Source: Bacteroidales bacterium (GTDB lineage Bacteria > Bacteroidota > Bacteroidia > Bacteroidales > WCHB1-69). Taken from it: 64,000 nt of DNA. Both the position numbers and the translations under genes were made by a program. This document shows, piece by piece, positions 36,301-43,557 of the stretch (position 1 is its first letter; the number at the start of each line of letters is the position of its first letter). A model generated the notes under the pieces. The model was not told where the DNA came from. It did not search any database and was given only the letters and a program-made list of their open reading frames with translations. The DNA lies in the NCBI GenBank assembly GCA_045616665.1, contig JAZLHE010000098.1:8034-72033 (forward strand), in the 5' to 3' direction.

Positions 36301-37430
36301 CTTGGGATTGTTATCGTCGTTTATTGCAGACTTGGGGGATGTCATACGGCTTGGAACGTGATGATTTCGACAAAATCATCTTGGATTACAAGAAAAAGTA
36401 CAATGTGGCGCAAAAAATCGGCTTCACGCCGGCCAATATGCGCGAGATTGCCTTTGCATACAAGCAATTACTCATTGACAACGGCATCCATTTTGAAGAA
36501 GATCCGTTTATGCAGTTGAAAATTGCCGTCATTTCCGTTTTTGACTCCTGGAATTCGCCCCGTGCCAAGGTATATCGTGAGCACATGCACATTGCCAACG
36601 AATGGGGAACGGCCGTCATCGTTCAAAAAATGGTATTCGGCAACATTCACCGTGAATCCGGTTCAGGAGTATTGTTTACCCGCGACATCAAGAGCAACCG
36701 TTCCGCCATCAACCTCAATGGCGACTTTTCGTTCCTCAGCCAAGGAGAAGACATTGTGGGCGGCTTGGTCAACACGCTGCCCATCAGCGAGGCACAACGC
36801 GAACGCAGTTACCAGAAAGCACCATTCTCGTTGGAAAGCCATTATCCTGACATTTTCAACAAATTGAAAGAAGTTGCCAAGAGGATGATTGAAAAAGACG
36901 GATTCATCCATCAGGAAATTGAATTTACCTTTGAAACCGCAGACGCTGACGGCTTGTTCATTTTGCAAACTCGAAATATGGCCGTGGTGAAGCAAAGCGG
37001 TGTAGAAGTTTTTGCCACCGCACGTGAAGATATGCAGAAAGTCGGTTCCGGCATCGGCATCGGCAAGGGCGTGCTCAACGGCATTATTGTATTTGACAAG
37101 GAAGACATCGAAAAGATTAAAAACAATCCGCAAAATGACAAACAACTGGTATTGGTACGACCCGATACCGTTCCTGACGACATTGAGTTGATTTTTGAAT
37201 GTGACGGTTTGTTAACCGCACGTGGAGGTGCCACCTCTCACGCTGCTGTAACCGCTTCGTCGTTAGGAAAGATTTGCGTGGTCAACTGCGTTGACTTGAT
37301 GGTGAACGACCAGGAGAAGACCTGTTCTATCAATGGCACACAATTCAAATTATTTGACGAAATTGCCATTGACGGTCAAAACGGCATTATCTACAAAGGG
37401 AACTACCCCATTATGGTGGATGAGGCGTAA
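33333..37430 (+). CDS. 1365-aa protein: unknown N-terminal region plus PPDK-type ATP-grasp and phosphohistidine (swivel) domains, with no PEP/pyruvate domain
   Basis: The track ORF starts at TTG 33324; I use ATG 33333. From about nt 35955 it reads [92 protein letters not shown]...LFILQTRN, then [25 protein letters not shown] (His codon 37239..37241). The ORF ends about 60 aa later. Confidence 0.8.
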   Translation: [1365 protein letters not shown]

Positions 37431-37484
37431 TTTTTCGAAATAAAAAATAAATCAATTAATTATTCACATAAAAAAACACAAATT

Positions 37485-38732
37485 ATGATTAGTATCAACG
37501 AAAAGAAAATCCTGGGAATCAACGGTTCAGGTAGAATTGGAAAATTAACCATTTGGCATCACCTGCTTTCTCGCAAAGTTGACGGTTTGGTTGTTAACGT
37601 AGGTCGTGAAGTCGGCAAGCATTTGGAAGATTACATCCAACAGCTCTGTACGGATTCCACATACGGTAATTTAAGTTACTTTCTCTACGGACGCGCAGGC
37701 AAACAAGTTGATGTTAAAATCATTGATCACGATCAAAATATGATTGAAGTTGATGGTTTTCCCATCAAATTATTAATCACTGAACGTAATCCACGCAATA
37801 TCAATTGGAAGGCTGAAGGCGTGCGTGTAGTCGTTGACTGTACGGGCAAGTTTTTGGATCCGTCACTTCCCGACAACGAAGGCAAAGGCAGTATTTTAGG
37901 GCACTTGACCGCGGGTGCGGAACACGTCATTGCCAGTGCGCCTTTCAAAATCAAGCAGAGCGATTTCAATGCTGAAAACACCCCTACTTTGATTTACGGC
38001 ATCAACCATCACTGCTTTGACCCACAGAAACATCACGTCATTTCCGCCGCCAGCTGTACCACCACGGGGTTGGCACACATGATCAAACCTTTATTGGATG
38101 ACAAGGAAACCTGCAATGTCTTAACCGCCTCATTATCAACCGTTCACGCAGCAACCAACACTCAAAATGTATTGGATGGCGTTCCCAAAGAAGGTGCGAC
38201 CGACTTAAGAAAGAACCGTTCGGTGCTCAACAACATCATTTTGTCCACCACCGGCGCAGCCAAGACTTTGGAAAAAGTCATTCCAGAAACACAGCATTTT
38301 GGATTTATGGCTGATTCCATTCGAATCCCCACGCCGACCGTGTCATTGATTGCCCTGAACATCACCTTCAATTCCAGATTAAATGAAAATGGTGTTCCTT
38401 ACATCAGTGGCGACTATATTCGCAACATTTACAAGAAAGTGTCAGAAGGCGAACAAAAGAGCCTGGTGAAATTCTCTATGCAGCAGAATGTTTCTATGGA
38501 CCTTCTGGGTATGCCGGCAGCCATTGTCATTGAAGGGAAGGAAATCCACACGAGAACTGGATTTATCAAAGTTCCTACGGAAATCTTGGCAGGAATGGGA
38601 ATTCACGATATTCCAGAAATCAACATTCCGGTTACCCACGCCAAGATTATGGGTTGGTATGACAATGAATTTGGCAGCTATGTTTCCTGTTTAGGACGCC
38701 TAACTGAACACGTAATCTCAAGTATTGACTAA
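37485..38732 (+). CDS. Long-form (415-aa) glyceraldehyde-3-phosphate dehydrogenase family protein
   Basis: GINGSGRIGK, SAASCTTTGLAH (Cys retained, SCTTT instead of SCTTN), STVHAATNTQ, STTGAAKTLEKVIPE, IRIPTPTVS and WYDNEFGSY, with about 80 extra residues relative to classical GAPDH. Confidence 0.8.
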   Translation: MISINEKKILGINGSGRIGKLTIWHHLLSRKVDGLVVNVGREVGKHLEDYIQQLCTDSTYGNLSYFLYGRAGKQVDVKIIDHDQNMIEVDGFPIKLLITERNPRNINWKAEGVRVVVDCTGKFLDPSLPDNEGKGSILGHLTAGAEHVIASAPFKIKQSDFNAENTPTLIYGINHHCFDPQKHHVISAASCTTTGLAHMIKPLLDDKETCNVLTASLSTVHAATNTQNVLDGVPKEGATDLRKNRSVLNNIILSTTGAAKTLEKVIPETQHFGFMADSIRIPTPTVSLIALNITFNSRLNENGVPYISGDYIRNIYKKVSEGEQKSLVKFSMQQNVSMDLLGMPAAIVIEGKEIHTRTGFIKVPTEILAGMGIHDIPEINIPVTHAKIMGWYDNEFGSYVSCLGRLTEHVISSID

Positions 38733-38734
38733 TA

Positions 38735-41113
38735 ATGACGCTAAAAGATCTGCAGATTGGCAAAAGCGGCAAGGTTACCCAAATTGGCAACAACGGCATC
38801 CATCGTCAGCATTTTTTAGATATGGGAATTATTCCCAATGCCGTTGTTACTATGGTAAAGCATGCCCCTTTAGGAGATCCTGTAGAAATTCTGATTCACG
38901 GCTATTCTCTGACTTTACGCTTGGCAGACGCGGAACAAATTGAAATTGAGCCCTATCAGGTTAGAGAGGATAATAGTTCAAATGGACAAGCCGAAGAATC
39001 AACCTTCCAGCAACCCGAAGCCCGTGTGGCCGAAACGTTACACGAACACAACAGCCACCCGGGCTTTGGTGAAGCAGGAAAATACCACGACAAGGAAAAA
39101 GAACACGCTCTTCCCAAAGACACTTTGCTGACTTTTGCATTGATTGGCCAGCAAAATTGCGGGAAAACCACGCTTTTCAACCAACTTACCGGTTCGAAGC
39201 AGCACGTGGGCAACTTTCCAGGCGTAACCGTTGACCGCAAGGATGGCGTCATTCGGGGTTATCCGAACACGCAAGTCACGGATTTGCCAGGACTATACTC
39301 TCTTTCGCCCTACACAACGGAAGAAGAAGTATCCAAGCAGTTTATAATCAATGAAAAGCCCAAAGGCATCATTAATATTGTGGATGCTTCCAACATTGAG
39401 CGCAATCTCTATCTCACAATGCAACTTATGGAATTGAATATTCCAATTGTATTGGCATTGAATATGATGGATGAAGTCCGTAAAAACGGTGGAACGATCC
39501 GTGTCAACGAGATGGAGAAGTTTTTAGGCATTCCCGTTGTTCCCATTTCGGCAGCGAATAACGAAGGCATTGAAGAATTGGTGGAACACGCCGTTCACAT
39601 TGCCCAGTATCAAGAACTTCCCGCCATCCAAGATTTTTGTGACAAAGAAAATCACGGGGGTGCCGTACACCGCTGTCTTCACGGCATTATGCACTTAGTG
39701 GAAGATCACGCGGAAAAAGCAGGATTACCCATACGATTTGTAGCCAGCAAATTGGTTGAAGGAGATCAAGACATTTTGGAAAGATTGCAACTGAGCCAGA
39801 ATGAGAAAGAAACCCTGGAGCATATCATTCTTCAAATGGAAGAAGAGCGACAACTTGACCGTGCGGCTGCCATAGCCGATATGCGCTACGGCTTCATTCA
39901 AAAATTAAGCCAAAAAGCTGTTGTCAAACCGAAAGAAAACGCTGAATATATCAGAAGTAAGAAGATTGACCAGGTAATTACGGGAAAATGGACTGCCATT
40001 CCGATTTTTGTCATCACCTTATGCTCAATTATTTGGCTTTCCATTGATGTTCTTGGCCGACCACTTCAAGAATGGCTGGGGCAAGGCATCGACTGGCTTG
40101 CGGAAATTTGTGGACAAGGATTAGCCAGATTGGGATTCAGCACCACCCTACAATCGCTGGTTGTTGACGGAATTTTCGGAGGTGTGGGCTGCGTCGTCAG
40201 TTTCGTTCCCATCATCATTTTGTTGTTCTTCTTCCTGAGTATGTTGGAAGACAGCGGATATATGGCAAGAGTGGCCTTTGTCACCGACAACCTTTTGCGA
40301 AAATTCGGTTTATCCGGACGAAGCATTGTACCGTTGCTCATTGGATTTGGATGCTCTGTACCAGCCATAATGGCCGCGCGTACCCTACCCTCAACACGAG
40401 ACCGTCGCTTGACAATCCTACTGACACCCTTTATGAGTTGTAGCGCGAAAATTCCTATTTACGCATTCTTCACCGCCTACTTTTTTCCACGTCACGGAGG
40501 ATTAGTCCTTGTCGGATTGTATTTATTAGGAATTTTGGTCGGCGCGATGGTGGCCATTGCCAAGAAAATCATCACCAAACAGACCTCCGCGACACCTTTT
40601 GTAATGGAACTGCCCAATTACAGATTACCCCGACTCAAAAATGTGATGCATTTACTTTGGGATAAAATTAGAGATTTCCTTGAAAAAGCATTTACAATTA
40701 TATTTATTGCCTCCATTGTCATCTGGTTTTTGCAATCCTTTGATTTTCGTTTTCACCTTGTGGAAAATGGCGAAAACAGTATGTTGGCCTGGATTGCGGG
40801 ATTGATATCCCCAATTTTTCAACCAATGGGTTTAGGCGACTGGCGAATTGTAACATCGTTGTTTAGTGGCTTGATAGCCAAGGAAAGCGTGGTTGCCACC
40901 ATTGACGTTTTGGGAGGTGTAAACATTTTCACCCCACTTACCGCAATACCGATGTTGGTATTTTGCCTGCTTTACACTCCTTGTGTTGCAGCCGTTACCG
41001 CCGTAAAGAGAGAATTAGGATGGAAATGGGCAGTATTTGTCATATTATTTCAATGTGCCCTTGCCTGGGTCTTGGCTTGGGGAGCATACCTTATCGCTGG
41101 AACAATCTTATAA
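38735..41113 (+). CDS. feoB: Ferrous iron transporter, fused FeoA-FeoB
   Basis: 792 aa. N-terminal FeoA SH3-like part (LKDLQIGKSGKVTQI...), a linker, the G domain (ALIGQQNCGKTTLFNQLTG, DLPGLYS, NMMD), then the polytopic gate domains. The ATG lies 2 nt after the preceding stop. Confidence 0.93.
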   Translation: MTLKDLQIGKSGKVTQIGNNGIHRQHFLDMGIIPNAVVTMVKHAPLGDPVEILIHGYSLTLRLADAEQIEIEPYQVREDNSSNGQAEESTFQQPEARVAETLHEHNSHPGFGEAGKYHDKEKEHALPKDTLLTFALIGQQNCGKTTLFNQLTGSKQHVGNFPGVTVDRKDGVIRGYPNTQVTDLPGLYSLSPYTTEEEVSKQFIINEKPKGIINIVDASNIERNLYLTMQLMELNIPIVLALNMMDEVRKNGGTIRVNEMEKFLGIPVVPISAANNEGIEELVEHAVHIAQYQELPAIQDFCDKENHGGAVHRCLHGIMHLVEDHAEKAGLPIRFVASKLVEGDQDILERLQLSQNEKETLEHIILQMEEERQLDRAAAIADMRYGFIQKLSQKAVVKPKENAEYIRSKKIDQVITGKWTAIPIFVITLCSIIWLSIDVLGRPLQEWLGQGIDWLAEICGQGLARLGFSTTLQSLVVDGIFGGVGCVVSFVPIIILLFFFLSMLEDSGYMARVAFVTDNLLRKFGLSGRSIVPLLIGFGCSVPAIMAARTLPSTRDRRLTILLTPFMSCSAKIPIYAFFTAYFFPRHGGLVLVGLYLLGILVGAMVAIAKKIITKQTSATPFVMELPNYRLPRLKNVMHLLWDKIRDFLEKAFTIIFIASIVIWFLQSFDFRFHLVENGENSMLAWIAGLISPIFQPMGLGDWRIVTSLFSGLIAKESVVATIDVLGGVNIFTPLTAIPMLVFCLLYTPCVAAVTAVKRELGWKWAVFVILFQCALAWVLAWGAYLIAGTIL

Positions 41114-41275
41114 TCAATATCAATCTAAAACAATTAAAAATAAAAAAATTAATATCATTCGACCTTGTAACAATTTTACTTTTAGGTTGGCTTTCTTGTG
41201 AGAATGACGTGGTAAAAAAATGCAATACGACCGCGATGTCCGCTACATCAAGAACGAATGATATCCGCATTTAAT

Positions 41276-42130
41276 ATGGCAGTACACGGAATTTATTTCA
41301 GTGCGACACAAACCACTGCCAAAATTGTGAAAGCAGTGGCCACATCAGTAGCGAACGCTTTATCGCAGACTGTTGAATTTCACGACATCACAACTCCTAA
41401 GCAGCGATGGGATGCAGGTCTGGTTGACACAACCAACGGCGAAAACCCATCACCGCTTTCTTTTTCTGCTGCAGACATTGTCATTTTTGGAGTTCCCGTC
41501 TATATCGGGCGTGTACCCAATCTGATTAAACCTTTTTTAGTTAAAATCAACGGAGGCGGAGCCACTGGCATTCCCATTGTCGTATATGGAAACAGACACT
41601 ACGACGATGCCCTTTTGGAGTTAAGGGATTTGATGGAAGAAAATCAATTCAGATGTGATCTTGCCGCTGCCGCTTTCATTGGAGAACACAGTTTCTCCAG
41701 CATTTTAGGCACTGGCCGTCCCGATCTGGAGGATTTGACGATTGCCGAAAATTTTGGAAAAATCATCGCAAAATCCATCACTATGGGAAAACGTGAAAAG
41801 CTAACACTTCCAGGAAATGCCCCCTATAGATTTTTCAGTGCCGTTGACGAGCAAGGCAAACCCTTCGACATCAGGAAAGTCAAACCTCAAACGAACACTA
41901 CTTTGTGTAACGGATGTGGTCATTGTGCTCAAATTTGTCCAATGGGTGCCGTTAATCCACAAAATTTGACAGAAATAACGGGAATTTGCATCAAGTGTAA
42001 TGCCTGCGTCAAACGTTGTCCACGTTCCGCCAAATATTTTGATGACGATCGGTACTTGGAGCATTTGGGAATTTTGGAACGCAAATTTGCTTCAAAACGA
42101 TGTCAACCAACGATTTGGACGGCAGAATAG
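41276..42130 (+). CDS. Flavodoxin-like domain fused to a 2x[4Fe-4S] ferredoxin domain
   Basis: The start was moved to ATG 41276 (MAVHGIYFSATQTTAKIV, a flavodoxin-like start). Two cluster motifs are present: CNGCGHCAQICP and CIKCNACVKRCP. Confidence 0.75.
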   Translation: MAVHGIYFSATQTTAKIVKAVATSVANALSQTVEFHDITTPKQRWDAGLVDTTNGENPSPLSFSAADIVIFGVPVYIGRVPNLIKPFLVKINGGGATGIPIVVYGNRHYDDALLELRDLMEENQFRCDLAAAAFIGEHSFSSILGTGRPDLEDLTIAENFGKIIAKSITMGKREKLTLPGNAPYRFFSAVDEQGKPFDIRKVKPQTNTTLCNGCGHCAQICPMGAVNPQNLTEITGICIKCNACVKRCPRSAKYFDDDRYLEHLGILERKFASKRCQPTIWTAE

Positions 42131-42131
42131 A

Positions 42132-43484
42132 CTATTTGCTCAATTCCACGGCTTGAGATACCGAAATCTTATTTTCCCCATCAAAAGCGACGATAAACGC
42201 GTCTTTGTATTGTGGCTGAACAGCTTTCAAAATTTCCCGAGCTTCTTCCAAAGTTTTGGTGTTGCCCGTAGTATATTTCCAGAATTTTCCGTCACGGTAT
42301 TTGCGAACCTCTTTCAATTTGGCAAAACGGCTATCGGTAATGGAAATGTTTTCCAAAATTGCGGCAAATTGAACTCTAAAACGCACATTGTGAGCATTTT
42401 GAGTTTTTGAAGATGGATTTTCCGTGGTTGCTTTGGCTTGGGGTGTTACAGAGGCATTGGCCACCGGTTGATCTTTGTCAGTCTTGGCATTTTCAGATGA
42501 AACATTCTGCGGATGGTTTTGTTCTTTGACAACGGGCTCGGCTGCGACATCGGCATCTTTGGCCAGTTGAACGCGGGATGGCTCCGTAGCCACACCGTCA
42601 TCCGTGGCATGGCGAACCTTGGACGGTTCTGCCGCCACGCCATCATCAACAGTTTGTGCTTGAGGCACTTGTGTTGAAGTGGATTTCGGCATAGGCAATC
42701 CCGCCTTGTTGGTTCCATCCAGCGCATTTCTATAATCCACAAAGGCATTATAGATAGAAACCGCCATCAAGTCCTGAGATGCAGGTTTAATCATAAAATC
42801 CTCTTCCGTAGGATTGGTTAAAAAGCCCAATTCTACCAAGATACTGGGCATAGCGACTTTGTACAGCACCCAAAAACCTCCAGGATTTACCAATCTGTCT
42901 GTAAAATGGGTTGCTTTGACCAGATTTTTCTGCACTTTATCCGCCAAAAGAATAGAATGATTCATATAGGCCGAAGTATGAAGGGAGAAAATGACATTGG
43001 CTTCTGGCGAATTGGGATTAAAGCCGTCGTAATTGTTCTCAAAATTCTTTTCTTTGAGAATCGCAGCATTTTCTTTGCGGACCACTTCCGTATTGGCCCC
43101 CGTTTTCGCCAGACCCATCACCCAGGTTTCCACTCCGTGGGCAGCGTGGTTTTCGGCCGCGTTGCAATGGATGGAAATAAACAGATCGGCGTGGTTGTTA
43201 TTGGCAATCACGGCTCGTTTATAAACTTCCACAAACACATCTGTCTTACGCGTATAGATAACCTGAACATCATCATAATTATCATTAATCAGCTTACCCA
43301 ACTTCAATGCAACATTCAGATTGACAGTCTTTTCCTGCATCCTTTTTCCCAAACAGCCCGGATCTTCCCCACCATGACCGGCATCGATAACGATCTTAAA
43401 TTTCTTATCTTTTTGCTGGCAAAAAGCCATTCCATTCAAAAAAGTCAAGCCGAGAAATAATAAAAAGAAATTTTTTATGTTCAT
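42132..43484 (-). CDS. N-acetylmuramoyl-L-alanine amidase (Amidase_3) with a C-terminal SPOR domain
   Basis: Signal peptide. IVIDAGHGGEDPG, ADLFISIHCNA and LVELGFLTN. A Pro/Ala/Glu-rich repeat linker is followed by a SPOR-like end (VRFRVQFAA...YKDAFIVAFDG). Confidence 0.88.
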   Translation of the reverse strand: MNIKNFFLLFLGLTFLNGMAFCQQKDKKFKIVIDAGHGGEDPGCLGKRMQEKTVNLNVALKLGKLINDNYDDVQVIYTRKTDVFVEVYKRAVIANNNHADLFISIHCNAAENHAAHGVETWVMGLAKTGANTEVVRKENAAILKEKNFENNYDGFNPNSPEANVIFSLHTSAYMNHSILLADKVQKNLVKATHFTDRLVNPGGFWVLYKVAMPSILVELGFLTNPTEEDFMIKPASQDLMAVSIYNAFVDYRNALDGTNKAGLPMPKSTSTQVPQAQTVDDGVAAEPSKVRHATDDGVATEPSRVQLAKDADVAAEPVVKEQNHPQNVSSENAKTDKDQPVANASVTPQAKATTENPSSKTQNAHNVRFRVQFAAILENISITDSRFAKLKEVRKYRDGKFWKYTTGNTKTLEEAREILKAVQPQYKDAFIVAFDGENKISVSQAVELSK

Positions 43485-43557
43485 TACTAAAAATATTTAA
43501 TTATCTTTGTATCTTTTAAAAAGCAAAAATATTATAAATAGATAAATTAATAGACAG

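Noticed and set aside
42446-42748. Direct amino-acid repeats (DDGVA(A/T)EPS(K/R)V...) inside the amidase gene, and an overlapping 100-aa ORF.
   Set aside because: This is a low-complexity Pro/Ala/Glu linker between the Amidase_3 and SPOR domains, which is common in such proteins. The overlapping ORF is out of frame.
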